IMG/VR virus record: IMGVR_UViG_3300029305_010146
Strand: one strand, 5' to 3'
Length of the DNA: 64,000 nt
Source of the DNA: an uncultured virus (IMG/VR IMGVR_UViG_3300029305_010146)
Taxonomy: Duplodnaviria; Heunggongvirae; Uroviricota; Caudoviricetes
Position numbers and translations under genes: made by a program. The notes beneath the pieces were generated by a model. It did no database searches and was not told where the DNA came from. It saw only the letters and a list, made by a program, of their open reading frames with translations. Below, one piece after another: positions 39,985-51,200 of this stretch (the stretch's first letter is position 1; every line of letters starts with the position of its first letter).

Positions 39985-40143
39985 AGAGCATACTCCTTTC
40001 GTGAGTTGTAAGGAAAGTATAGGAGAAATTATTGGCAATTGCAAGTGATTATTTTATTTTTTGTGAGTTGTGGAGTGTAAGGTGGGCGGAATGTTGCTTT
40101 TTGCAAAAAGAAAGAAACCCGCCTTTTGGCGGGTTTCCCTATT

Positions 40144-40503
40144 TTATACCTTTTCGCATTTTCCGATGAAATTTTCAAAAGTTTCACCAGAAAGGGAATA
40201 AAACAAATTTTCAAATGCTTCTTTATCTCTGGTTTTCTTATAAATCTCAAAAATTTCTTTTCCAAGTCCAGTAATCTCAAAATCTGCATTTTGCATGATG
40301 TCTGCCAAAACAGTATCGGCATCTCGAATAACACCATCGTTCCGAAGTGTATCCTTCTTGATAATAAAATCAATTCTGCCAATCTGACTGCGAACATACT
40401 TTTCCTTCACAAAAAGAACAATTGCATAAACAACATATGCAATAATCCCCAAGATTACGATAGCACTTGTTCCCAAAATAATACCATAAACCATTTCGCT
40501 CAT
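40144..40503 (-). CDS. Small hypothetical protein with N-terminal TM
   Basis: Last gene of a tightly packed minus-strand operon; SD GGAGG. Confidence 0.7.
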   Translation of the reverse strand: MSEMVYGIILGTSAIVILGIIAYVVYAIVLFVKEKYVRSQIGRIDFIIKKDTLRNDGVIRDADTVLADIMQNADFEITGLGKEIFEIYKKTRDKEAFENLFYSLSGETFENFIGKCEKV

Positions 40504-40504
40504 T

Positions 40505-40810
40505 TTATTTCTCCTCCTTAATTTTCGTGCCTCGGTTTATTTGAAACCATCTATATTCCTGTACAAACATATCCCCCACATAATGAGAGCAGTCAACAAG
40601 AACAACTTTCTTTTTCTCGGCAATTGCCTTTTCGATATCATTAATCGCAAAGGACTTAATGTTGGTAATGTTATTCATCGCAAGCAATTTCTTGATGTCT
40701 TTGACAACAGATTCACCTTTGATGGCATTGCCAATATAAAAATTGCCAGTCATCAACTCCACATAACACTGTGGAGGGTAAATGGTTTTTGAAGCAATAA
40801 TTTTACTCAT
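40505..40810 (-). CDS. Hypothetical protein
   Basis: Start MSKIIASK after SD AGGAGG. Confidence 0.7.
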   Translation of the reverse strand: MSKIIASKTIYPPQCYVELMTGNFYIGNAIKGESVVKDIKKLLAMNNITNIKSFAINDIEKAIAEKKKVVLVDCSHYVGDMFVQEYRWFQINRGTKIKEEK

Positions 40811-40821
40811 AACTTTCCTCC

Positions 40822-41277
40822 TTATTTTACGAATTCTACTGCTTTTATCAAACGAACATATTGACCATGTGAACCGCACTGAATGATTTTTTCACGCTTC
40901 CAAAAATCTTCGATATTATCAGTATCATAATTTTCGAGTATGTGATATATATTCCATACACCAACTCTGTTTTTCTGATACAGATAATCAGCAATTTTAT
41001 CAATTGCATCTTTCCTACTTCTTGCAGAAATAACTTTCGAATAATCATCGTGAAATTCATCAGTTTTCAGTTTAATAAGATACTGACGCTTTTCGTTATG
41101 CGGTTCTTCGACACACATATTAGCAAGGTCTTCATTGAAGAACAAAATCTTACCAATGTCGCTTTCTGCAATCACTTGATAGTGGAATCCGCATCCTTTG
41201 TTATCGGGAACAAATCTTCTTCGATTGTAAACACCCGAAAGAACAATGCCGTCATCTATAAGAAATGCCACTTTCAT
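40822..41277 (-). CDS. Hypothetical protein
   Basis: Start MKVAFLID after SD AGGAGG. Confidence 0.7.
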   Translation of the reverse strand: MKVAFLIDDGIVLSGVYNRRRFVPDNKGCGFHYQVIAESDIGKILFFNEDLANMCVEEPHNEKRQYLIKLKTDEFHDDYSKVISARSRKDAIDKIADYLYQKNRVGVWNIYHILENYDTDNIEDFWKREKIIQCGSHGQYVRLIKAVEFVK

Positions 41278-41551
41278 TTTTCTTCCTCCTAAAAATTGTT
41301 TTCTTCTGAATTCCGAGTGCCTTCTCAAGTACTTCAATAACTTCGTCCATCGAGCGAAGTCGCTTACATCTTTCAAGAAACTCGTTGCCTTTTTTGACAC
41401 CAAATCGTTCATAGTACATAGTTGACAGTCTATGGAACTTTTTATCCTGAATAGCACATCTAATATCAACAACAATCAGACTAACTATTAGAATGCAAAT
41501 TCCGATAGGCAGTGCCCACATACACATAGCAACACTAAATTCCAAACTCAT
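41252..41551 (-). CDS. Small membrane protein
   Basis: Hydrophobic N-terminus; SD AAGGAG. Confidence 0.65.
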   Translation of the reverse strand: MSLEFSVAMCMWALPIGICILIVSLIVVDIRCAIQDKKFHRLSTMYYERFGVKKGNEFLERCKRLRSMDEVIEVLEKALGIQKKTIFRRKKNESGISYR

Positions 41552-41562
41552 GGTTTTTCTCC

Positions 41563-41853
41563 TTAATCGTAATAGATTTTACTCTTTTCGTCTAAAGAGA
41601 GAACGGTCTCGTTCGAAATTACTTCGAGTGCACGAATTTTTCCATCAAGGTTCTGCATGCTCTCGTCGTCCTGACGAACAATCTTTACATTGGCAATTTC
41701 TTCACCATTTTTATGAACGATGACCTGCCAAGTTGTGTCATAGAACATGCGAGTTTCGAGCAATTTGAGTTCTACCATAAGACCATTCGCATTGCTCAAA
41801 TAGTTACAGTGTTGCTTAATAGGTTTGGGTCTTTTCTTAAATAAAGTTTTCAT
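41563..41853 (-). CDS. Hypothetical protein
   Basis: SD AGGAGG; in operon. Confidence 0.7.
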   Translation of the reverse strand: MKTLFKKRPKPIKQHCNYLSNANGLMVELKLLETRMFYDTTWQVIVHKNGEEIANVKIVRQDDESMQNLDGKIRALEVISNETVLSLDEKSKIYYD

Positions 41854-41865
41854 TGAATTTTCCTC

Positions 41866-42147
41866 CTACGATAATTCTCCGTCATACTTATAATCGTAAA
41901 ACCCATAGGTCAAACGGTCATTGATAACGGTGCGAGTTTCAACCTTCCAATCTCTGTTGAGCATCGCAATTTGTTCTTTAATGGTCGGGTTTTCTTTTGA
42001 GCCATCGGAATAGACCATATCGCCCTTTTCTATACAGGTACGAATTCCTTTTCTTAACTTTGCTTCGGAAGTCGTAACCATAATAGCGGGACAAGGTTTG
42101 GTTTTCCAATCGTCACAAGAATAAAGTATAAAAATTTGTTTCGGCAT
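41866..42147 (-). CDS. Hypothetical protein
   Basis: SD AAGGAGG; first gene of the small-ORF operon. Confidence 0.7.
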   Translation of the reverse strand: MPKQIFILYSCDDWKTKPCPAIMVTTSEAKLRKGIRTCIEKGDMVYSDGSKENPTIKEQIAMLNRDWKVETRTVINDRLTYGFYDYKYDGELS

Positions 42148-42510
42148 AGATATTCCTCCTTCTTTATGTATTTAAAATGCCTTACAATTATTATATATTT
42201 TCAATCGTTTTCTCTCAAGAAATTTATTTTTTTATTAAAAGTTCGTTTTGCACATGTATTAAAAATATTTCTCGTAAGTATATAATCTGAATCAATAGTA
42301 TCGTATAGAAAGTCTTGTAGAAAGATTTGACTTTTTTACTTTCTATGTGTTATAATTAACATAGATGCTTCACCCAAGAGTATCCAATGTTATATGTAAA
42401 TAACAAATTGCGAATACATGAAATGACGAATTTATCGTTAAGTTTGCAATTTGCAAAAAGTTATGTTAATATAACACAAACATTGTACTTTCCAGAAAGG
42501 ATGAAACAAA

Positions 42511-43905
42511 TTGAAAAAAACATATGTGTTAGATACAAACGTATTATTACAAAATCCAAATTCTATTTTCATGTTTGAAGACAATGATGTCATCATTACT
42601 GATGCAACAATTCAAGAACTTGATAAATTTAAGAAGGAGAAAGGCGATAGAGGTTACAATGCAAGAGATGCTATCCGAAATATTGAAGGTTTGAGAAAAA
42701 GAGGTTCTCTTGAAAAAGGTGTAAAACTTGATAATGGCGGAACTTTTAAAATCGAATTCAACTACACAAATGTTAAGTTGCCAGATTCTTGGGAAATGAG
42801 TTGCGACAACCGTGTTCTCCGTGTTTGCAAAGGTTTAATGGAAGTTGCAAAGAAAAAAAGAGTAATTCTTGTTTCACAGGATGCAATTATGAGAATCAAA
42901 GCAGACATTATTCAAGTCAAAGCACAAGACTTCCAAACAGAACAAGTTTCCTCACTTAAAGAGCAATATACTGGTCGTAAGACCGTGTTTGTAGATAAGC
43001 GTACCCTTGATAAGTTTTATGCACAAAAACAATCTGGTTCTGTTAAACCAGAAGAGACTTTTGTCGTGAATGAACCCAACCCAAATCCAGTCAAGCAATC
43101 CGCAATTGATTATATTCCAAACCAGTTTATCATTATGAAAGCATTGCAAAATCCCACACAAACTGCTCTTGGATATTTCAATGGTGACGAGATTAAACCT
43201 CTTTTGTATGCAAAAGAGCATCCTTACGGAATTACCCCAAGAAATGTTGGTCAAATTTTCTTCCAAGAAGCACTGATGAGAAGTGTTGATGAAGCACCCC
43301 TCGTAATTTGTAGCGGACCTGCAGGTACAGCAAAAACATTCTATTCTCTTGCAGTTGGTCTACATCACTTGATGGACAAAAATGACCATCAGTTTAGAAA
43401 AATTCTTGTATGTCGTCCAAGTGTAAAGATGGATGAAGACCTTGGTTATCTTCCTGGTACGGAACAAGAAAAAATTGCTCCTTATTTAAGACCAATTATT
43501 GATAACCTTGAAGCACTCGTTGACAAATCAAATGATAAATATGACCACGAAAGTGACCTTCGTGGAAAGATTGATTATTTAATGGATAAAGATATTATCA
43601 CTTCCGAAGCAGTCGCTTATTTAAGAGGCCGTTCTATCGTTAAAAATTGGATTATTATCGATGAAGCACAAAATCTTACCCCAAATCAAGCAAAAGGTAT
43701 TATTACTCGTGCTGGCGAAGGTACGAAAATTATTCTCATTGGCGACCCAGAACAAATTGACCATCCATATCTTGATGAGAGAACCAATGGTCTTTCTTAT
43801 GCCGCAGAAAATATGAAAAATTCTAAACTCTGCTGGCAAGTTACAATGGAAAGTGAAGAATCCGAACGTTCTGCACTTGCCCACGATGCCGCTGAAAGAC
43901 TCTAA
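42511..43905 (+). CDS. phoH: PIN-PhoH (PhoH2/YlaK-like) RNase-ATPase
   Basis: PIN motif YVLDTNVLL; Walker A GPAGTAKT; LGYLPG; YLRGRSI; IIDEAQN; GDPEQID. Confidence 0.93.
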   Translation: MKKTYVLDTNVLLQNPNSIFMFEDNDVIITDATIQELDKFKKEKGDRGYNARDAIRNIEGLRKRGSLEKGVKLDNGGTFKIEFNYTNVKLPDSWEMSCDNRVLRVCKGLMEVAKKKRVILVSQDAIMRIKADIIQVKAQDFQTEQVSSLKEQYTGRKTVFVDKRTLDKFYAQKQSGSVKPEETFVVNEPNPNPVKQSAIDYIPNQFIIMKALQNPTQTALGYFNGDEIKPLLYAKEHPYGITPRNVGQIFFQEALMRSVDEAPLVICSGPAGTAKTFYSLAVGLHHLMDKNDHQFRKILVCRPSVKMDEDLGYLPGTEQEKIAPYLRPIIDNLEALVDKSNDKYDHESDLRGKIDYLMDKDIITSEAVAYLRGRSIVKNWIIIDEAQNLTPNQAKGIITRAGEGTKIILIGDPEQIDHPYLDERTNGLSYAAENMKNSKLCWQVTMESEESERSALAHDAAERL

Positions 43906-44067
43906 TTTAGTTTTTTAGCAAAAATTGTGTAAGTGATTTTGTTTTTCTTATTGACAAAAACAAAAAAATATCTTATACTTTTGAAAAATTAACAACAGTT
44001 TCCTAATGGAAATACGATAAACTCTCGAAAGGAAGGTGTTGGACATATTTAATATGTCCGAATACAT

Positions 44068-44694
44068 ATGAATAATTTTACTATCAATCATGGAGTGTGC
44101 GAAGGCATTGTCGTTGGAAAAGTTTTTGCTCCAAGCGAAGACATTGCAATCATTACCGTTAGAGTAAGAGACTATCGCATTCGTCCTAATACACAAAAAC
44201 AAACTATTTCTTACATTCAATTTACTGCTTTTGATGACCTTGCAAAGGAACTCGCAAAAGAAGATAGAGAAGATAACCTTATTTATCTAAATTACGAAAT
44301 CACTACAAGCAAGAAGACTGATGAAAATGGTGTTACAAAATTCTATAAAAACAGAATTATCAAAAGTTTTGAAATTTTTGATAAACCAGAAGATAAGAAG
44401 TTGATTCCTTACATCAACTCTGGTTTTGCACAGGGTAGTTTTGTTAGTCTTAAAAAGGCCACAAAATCCACTGGCATTTACTTCCTAACAATCAAACTTG
44501 TTTCAAAGGATGGAATGAAGGAAAAGATTTATTACCCACAGTTCACTATCTATGGCGACAAATTTGCTACTTTGTTTGAGAAGTTTAATACAGATGACAT
44601 CATTTCGGTTACTTACAAAATTGAAACCGAAAAGAAAATTATTGATGGAAGCGAAGAGTTCTTTACAGATTACATTGTTACAGAGATTAAGTAA
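44068..44694 (+). CDS. Tandem OB-fold (SSB-like) protein
   Basis: Two internal repeats (INHGVCEG...YIQFTAF...YEITT / INSGFAQG...YPQFTIY...YKIET) with an SSB-like pattern. Confidence 0.65.
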   Translation: MNNFTINHGVCEGIVVGKVFAPSEDIAIITVRVRDYRIRPNTQKQTISYIQFTAFDDLAKELAKEDREDNLIYLNYEITTSKKTDENGVTKFYKNRIIKSFEIFDKPEDKKLIPYINSGFAQGSFVSLKKATKSTGIYFLTIKLVSKDGMKEKIYYPQFTIYGDKFATLFEKFNTDDIISVTYKIETEKKIIDGSEEFFTDYIVTEIK

Positions 44695-44752
44695 TTTTAA
44701 CCCGCATCCATAAGATGCGGGTTTTTTAGAAAATTTTTTAGGAGTGATTTCT

Positions 44753-45739
44753 ATGTATTCTAAAAAAATTAAATTTTTTTCTTTTATACTTGTTCTTTTG
44801 CTCCTAACCTCCTTTACCACTGGTTGTAAAGAAAGAGATTCAAATCTTGATATTACACCAGAAAAACCGTTAGAACAACAAGAACAAACCGTTTCTTATA
44901 AAGATTTCGAAAAAGCAAATTTCTTTCATTTAACTGGTCTTCAAATACCAGAAACATGGTATTATGAAGAGACCACAAACGGTTTTGCTTTAATTGAAAA
45001 TAAAACTGGAACAGAAATTGACTTTATCATTGAAGATTACAGCCCTTTAATAAATAATATGAATATTGATACTGCAAAAAATGTTTTAACTACTGATAGA
45101 ACTTCTTTTGTTTCTTTTCAAAAAACAGCAGGAAATCAACTTTTTTTCAAATATTACTTATTAATAGGTAACACACAGCATGCAGTATGTGAAGTACAAA
45201 AATTTAACTACAAATATGTATACACATTAAAGTTGATATGCGAAGAAAGATTCTATGATAAATTTTATCCAATCTTCACAGATGTTATTAACTCATTAAA
45301 AATGCCCGCAGATATTCCAACAATTCCAGAAAAATACAACGGAATTTATCATGAAAACTTTAAACTCTTAACACTTTATCCAAGAGATTGGAAAACTTCG
45401 ACTGGTAATAATGCATATACATCAAAGTACTCTCAAACTGAAATTTCAATGACTTTTGCACAAGTAATACCAAACTTTGTAGGAATGGATAAGACAACTT
45501 ACAATTCAGTAATGCAAAAATCTGTTCCTAATTTTTCTACTGCTAATTTTTCCAATCAAAATGGTGTAGTAAAAGCAGAAGGATATTACACAAACAATTC
45601 TGTTAGATACATACTTTATAACACAATTTATAATTTTCAAAATTATTCATTAAATATTATTTATGTATCACCAGAAAACGAATGCAGTTCTTTCTTGAGT
45701 GTATATGAGACAATATCCCAACATTTAGGAACTCAATAA
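44753..45739 (+). CDS. Lipoprotein (two PsbP/DcrB-like domains, tentative)
   Basis: Lipobox FTTG|C; repeated 'IPETW' and 'YPRDW' motifs. Confidence 0.7.
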   Translation: MYSKKIKFFSFILVLLLLTSFTTGCKERDSNLDITPEKPLEQQEQTVSYKDFEKANFFHLTGLQIPETWYYEETTNGFALIENKTGTEIDFIIEDYSPLINNMNIDTAKNVLTTDRTSFVSFQKTAGNQLFFKYYLLIGNTQHAVCEVQKFNYKYVYTLKLICEERFYDKFYPIFTDVINSLKMPADIPTIPEKYNGIYHENFKLLTLYPRDWKTSTGNNAYTSKYSQTEISMTFAQVIPNFVGMDKTTYNSVMQKSVPNFSTANFSNQNGVVKAEGYYTNNSVRYILYNTIYNFQNYSLNIIYVSPENECSSFLSVYETISQHLGTQ

Positions 45740-45752
45740 AGGAGAAAGTAGT

Positions 45753-46052
45753 ATGAATATTATTCAAAAAAATAATGTTTTAACATTAGAAATTAAAGAA
45801 AACTTTGGTTCAATGTTGGCATACTTATATTTGCTCACTTTGGACTTTATATCTTGTGGTCTTTTTGTCCCTTCTCTTAACCCACCACAAGACAATGATT
45901 ATATGCCAAATATTTCCTTTTTCACAAAGGAACACAAATTATCTTATAAGAAAAATGCAGTTTTTTCTGCAAAAGAAAATACGGTAACAATCGTATTTGA
46001 CACAATTGATGATGCGAATTCATTTAAAGAGGATTTAGAACATACTTGGTAA
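45753..46052 (+). CDS. Hypothetical protein
   Basis: SD AAGGAG; in operon. Confidence 0.65.
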   Translation: MNIIQKNNVLTLEIKENFGSMLAYLYLLTLDFISCGLFVPSLNPPQDNDYMPNISFFTKEHKLSYKKNAVFSAKENTVTIVFDTIDDANSFKEDLEHTW

Positions 46053-46073
46053 TTTAATTAGGAGGTTTTTAAT

Positions 46074-46676
46074 GTGAAAAATAAAGCAGGAAATATAACT
46101 TCTATTATTAAAAGCACATTAGTAACCGTCATCTCTTTTATTTTCTTACTTTTATTTATTAATACTTATTTTGTAAGTGTTACAAAAATTAGTGGAGAAT
46201 CCATGTTTCCAACTTTTACAACTGGTGACCAAATAATGTATTCTCGCTTTTCGACATACAATCCTTCCAGTTATGAACACGGCGATATCATAGTTTGTCG
46301 TTTTGGTATTAAAGAATATAATGAAAAAGAAAACACATATATTCAAAATAATACCTCTACTTATGTTAAAAGAATTATAGCACTGGAAGGAGACACTATC
46401 GAAATTGCCGATGGAAAAGTTTTTGTAAATGAAAAAGATGTGACGGAAGAATATTGGGGAACTACTGTTGTGAAAGACACTCTTTTACGACTTAAAGTTC
46501 CAAAAGGACATGTTTTTGTGATTGGCGACAATATCAACAATAGTATTGATAGTCGTGTTGTCAATTGCATACCTTACTCCAATATACTCGGAGAAGTTAT
46601 ATATAAAATACAGTTCAAAAATATTTTTGGAAATAATAGTATTATAAAATTCCCAACATTTAAAAAAATTCAATAA
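46074..46676 (+). CDS. lepB: Signal peptidase I
   Basis: TM; SGESMFPT (catalytic Ser); YVKRIIALEGD (Lys); GDNINNSIDSR. Confidence 0.93.
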   Translation: MKNKAGNITSIIKSTLVTVISFIFLLLFINTYFVSVTKISGESMFPTFTTGDQIMYSRFSTYNPSSYEHGDIIVCRFGIKEYNEKENTYIQNNTSTYVKRIIALEGDTIEIADGKVFVNEKDVTEEYWGTTVVKDTLLRLKVPKGHVFVIGDNINNSIDSRVVNCIPYSNILGEVIYKIQFKNIFGNNSIIKFPTFKKIQ

Positions 46677-46792
46677 TATCAAAGGTTGCAATATTTGCAA
46701 CCTTTTTTATTTTTTACTATTGACATAGCGAAAAACTTATGTTATAATAAGTACATCAAAAGGTTATAATATTATATGAAGGAGAAAATTTT

Positions 46793-47344
46793 ATGAGAAA
46801 AACACTAACTATCATTTGTGCTCTTTTATTGGTTGCACTCAATATCGTTGTTATCGGTTCTACTTTCTTTGCTTCTACCAACGGCCTTGGTAAGTCTACA
46901 TCTATCAAGTGGACACAAGATACAGAAGTTTTTGTTGAAGAAACTTTTGGTCATTACGAAACAGATTACGAAAAAGCGGTTGCTTTTAAAGATTGGATTG
47001 TTAACAATATCGCATACACTCCATATTCCATGCCTCTCATTCAAACCGTTGATGTAGATTCCATTATCGCAAGTGGAAAGGGAATTTGTTTTGAACAAGC
47101 ATCGTTATTTACTGTATTCTGCCGAATTTCTGGTATTGAATGCTATAACATCGATGGTCGAGCAAAAGCAAACTTCTACTCTACCCACTCTTGGAATCGT
47201 TTCTGCATTGATGGCCAATGGTATGAAATTGACATTACACACGACCAAAGTGCAATCAAAAAAGGCAAGGAACTGTATGGCGTCAATGAAATAACTGGTT
47301 TAGATGCGCCAGACAAGAGTTACAACATTTACAGAACTTATTAA
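46793..47344 (+). CDS. Secreted transglutaminase-like protein
   Basis: Signal peptide; GICFEQA (Cys), HSWN (His) and IDIT (Asp) triad. Confidence 0.88.
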   Translation: MRKTLTIICALLLVALNIVVIGSTFFASTNGLGKSTSIKWTQDTEVFVEETFGHYETDYEKAVAFKDWIVNNIAYTPYSMPLIQTVDVDSIIASGKGICFEQASLFTVFCRISGIECYNIDGRAKANFYSTHSWNRFCIDGQWYEIDITHDQSAIKKGKELYGVNEITGLDAPDKSYNIYRTY

Positions 47345-47422
47345 TTCTTGAAAGAAAAAAGGTAATTCTGTAAAATACTATAAGAATCTTTGATTCATTA
47401 AATTTAAGGAGGAATATCCAAA

Positions 47423-48127
47423 ATGAAAAACCCGCGCAATATTTATTTACTCAACAAAGGTGTAGCAGAGGAAACACAGGTGTTCAGCGGTCGTGTATTC
47501 AAGGTAACTGACCGTGGTTCTTATGCATCCGTTTCCTTTGCAAAGGACGAAAGTGCATCCGAAGTGCAGTTGATTTCTGTTATGTGTTTCGGTAGCAATG
47601 GTGGTGTTGGTGTAGACCATCACAAGATTGCTATGAATGCAGAACAGATTCGTCAGTCTCTCTCTGGTGACGAAGTCCTTTATGCAACTATTGTTGCTGT
47701 GAAGCAGACATCTCCCGACGGCAAGGTCAATTACAAAGCAAGAAGTACCAGTTTTTGTGTTTCTGAAAAAGGCAAGTATTTTGCACACAAAAATCCTGTT
47801 CGTGCATACTTCAAACCTGAACAGGCAGAAAGCATCCGCCTCATGAGCGGATATGTAACTCGTGTATTTGAAAACGAAAAGTACAATGTTGTTTCTTTCC
47901 GTGCAGATACCGAAGACAAAGATGCAGGTTTTGTGTCTGCTCGTTGTTTCCCGCCTTTCGATAAGTCCAAGGCACGTCTTGACTGCTATGAAAATGCAAA
48001 TGCCATTAACAAGGCAATTTCTGACGGCGAGAGTGTTCATTGTGTTGTCACTTGCATTGAGACCCCTTACGAAGACAAGGTATTCTATAATGCGATGACC
48101 GTATCTTATTGCAAAAGAGTTCGTTAA
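47423..48127 (+). CDS. Tandem-repeat (probable double OB-fold) protein
   Basis: Two repeats: FSGRVFKV...SVSF...SVMCF and MSGYVTRV...VVSF...SARCF. Confidence 0.6.
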   Translation: MKNPRNIYLLNKGVAEETQVFSGRVFKVTDRGSYASVSFAKDESASEVQLISVMCFGSNGGVGVDHHKIAMNAEQIRQSLSGDEVLYATIVAVKQTSPDGKVNYKARSTSFCVSEKGKYFAHKNPVRAYFKPEQAESIRLMSGYVTRVFENEKYNVVSFRADTEDKDAGFVSARCFPPFDKSKARLDCYENANAINKAISDGESVHCVVTCIETPYEDKVFYNAMTVSYCKRVR

Positions 48128-48241
48128 GAACTAAAGTTAAAACCCACACATCCAAGATGTGTGGGTTTTTTCTTGATTTAACAAAAAAATTAGAATAAAA
48201 TTTATCTAAATATGACTTTTAAGAAAGGAAGTGTATTACAT

Positions 48242-51200
48242 ATGGCAAAACATCCTTTTATTGATATAAGAAATCTGCCAGATGATATGGACAAAAGGGA
48301 GGCAATCGCATCAGTACGCGAAGCAATTGGCGATATTAATGATAATCCCGATATATCCAAAATTATTTGCGAATATGATACATCTGATGGTGGCGATTCC
48401 AAGGTGTCCAACTATATTGCTATTGGTAGCAACTTCACCATTGAGACATCTAACCCTTCTACTATTGCAGATAAACTTGGCATTATCGCAGAAGTTAGAG
48501 AAGATGGACACATTGATAACGAAGACAGGATTACTTTGCGTGGCGAAGATTATTGTTCCGTAAAAGATGTAGATACAAACATAACCGCTCACTTTGGAGA
48601 TACTTCTTCTGCAATTGAAGCATTTTCTTCCGACTATAGAGACGACCATCCAATTGTTTCTACAACAAGAGATGGCGCTGTATTTTTTAGCAATGATGAT
48701 GAAAAAGTTGTATGTAGACCAGATTCCGACGGTCATTTATCTGTACAAAGAATAGATATAGTTACCGATACCGAAGATTCAAGAATTTCTGTAAGACCAG
48801 ATAGGGATGGTTCTGCTTTTGTTGTTGAATATACACATATGGATGGATATGAAACAGATATTAAAGTTGTTTCTTCTACCCTACCTTCTTTTGAAGAAAT
48901 GCTTGATAAAGGTGCCTCCTCTGTCGCTCTTGACAGTATAAGCGAAGCACATACTGCATTAGATGGCATTGGTGACAGACTTGAAAGTGTTACATCTTTT
49001 GCCGACTCTCTTGTTTCTTTTCATAAAGAAGATACTGGTGCAGATACAAAACCAGAAATTAGAATTGTTTACCATCCAGACAATGAAGATTTAAAAACTA
49101 ATGTTGTATACGGAAGAGAAACATTTGTTTTAGATTTTGACCAAAACAACCCAGATAAAGTTGATTCTATTGGTTACAGACAAGAAGATGGTGCTTTCGC
49201 TCGCTTTGACAGTCCAGAAACTTTATTCACTGCAATGGCTTCTGATTTCAGAGAAACACATTCCGATATTACAACTGGCAATGACGGTAAGATTATATAT
49301 TTTAGCAATGATACTGAAAAAATTGCTTGCAGTGTTGATAGTTCTGGTGAATTAATTCCGTTTAGAATTGATTTAACAGAAAAAGATACCGATTCTCGCA
49401 TTTCTATTACCCCAACAAAAGAAGATTCTTGTATATTTACTGAATTTGATAAAGTTGGCGATACAGATATTAGAATTAGAGCATTTGCTTCTCCTGATAC
49501 TCAAAGTTTTTCCGAAATTGTAAAAGGAGGAGACTCTTTAGAAATTGCAAGAGGCCAACTTGATATCGCTCGTGATAAAATCGATGCATCTACCGACAAG
49601 TTGCAAGTTTATACGGATTTAGCAGAATCTATATCTGAACATAGAGGTGAAAATTCTGATGCTTCTCCTCGTGTCGATGTATCTTGTTATTCAGATTCAA
49701 AAGAACCTCAAATTTCTCTTTCATGCGGAAGAGATGAAGAATATAGAATCGACTTTGACAAAAAAAATAACCCCGAAAGTGTTTCCTACAGAGTAACTGT
49801 CCGTGAAGAAAACCAAGTTGAAAGACCAAGTATCTGTTTTGATAGCAGAATAGAAGGATTCGATGTAAAAGAGTACATCGAAAGTAAAGAATTTCATGAA
49901 ATTTGTGCATCCTTCTCCGATAATGCAGATGCTTCTTGGGGAACAAGAGAATATACGGTTGGCGATAACTTCGTTTCTGTCATCGATAAAGACAGAGAAC
50001 ACCCAGAATTCAAAATTTGTACAGTTGAATTGCCAGAAAGCGAAGACGAAAAACAAGATGATACCGTTGAAAAATCGACCGTTGAAAAAATCAATGAGGC
50101 CGTTGAAAAAATCGGCGAAGTGGAAGATAAAATCGAAAAGGCTGGCGAGACTTACGACCCAGATGCTCGTCATGACCAATTTGATGTTGTTTCGTCTCTT
50201 TCACCAGAGGCGATGTCTAATTTGGAAATTAGTATAGACAAAGACGGAAATTGTGATTTTTCTGTAAGAATGCCAGAAGGTTTTGAAGGAGAGGTTTTTA
50301 AAGATGGAGAAAACTTCTTTTCCGATAAAATTGCCGATGGGGAAAAAGTTCATTCTATTGAAATAGAACGTCCTTATGCCACAAGTGCAAATGATACCGT
50401 TGTTGTTAAAATTGATTCTGGAATATCTATGCACACAAAAGATGGTGATGTTGAACGTTTTAACATACGCGAATTTGATGCTGGTTCTGGCGATTTATTG
50501 ACAAGTAGAGAATATGTCACATCCGATAAAAATCCAGATATTGTATATTGTGTTGATAAAAAAATCGTTGACATTAGACCAGACGGTAGTATGGTCGGTG
50601 TTGCACAAGTAACAGCAATACGCAACGAAGGTCACGGCATCGGTAGTATGATGCATGCTGGACATGGCAGAACCTTTAATGTAATTGACGTTCGTTCCAT
50701 TTACAATTTATTCGGTAATCCAAATCAAGTTTCTGTTGCAAGTGGTGTTTTTGATACTTCAAAAATGTCTATTCCAACAACAGATGCAAGCGGGAAACCT
50801 TTGTCTCCAACAGAAATGTCATCAAGAATAAATGATGCAATTAGAGCAGGCGATTTTGCTGCTGTTAGTTTGGAGGAAAAAGTAGAAACCATTGATAAAT
50901 CAAATGTTTCTTTTTCCGATATGTATGATAAACTCTGCAAGTATTCAGAAAATTATGGAACACTTTCTAATAATATTGCAGAAGTTTCTGAAAAAATCGC
51001 AGAAGTTAGACAAGAATTGTATGAAGCATACAGAAATCCAGATTCCACAGCACAAGAAATCAAAGACCTTAAAAGCGAACTCAAAGGTTACGAAAAAGAG
51101 TTAAATTCACTACGTAGCGAATTCGGTGGTAAATCCGAAGCAAGAGAATTTAAATTTTTTGATAGCTTTGAGCGTTTGGGAAATGCTACAAGTGAAATTC

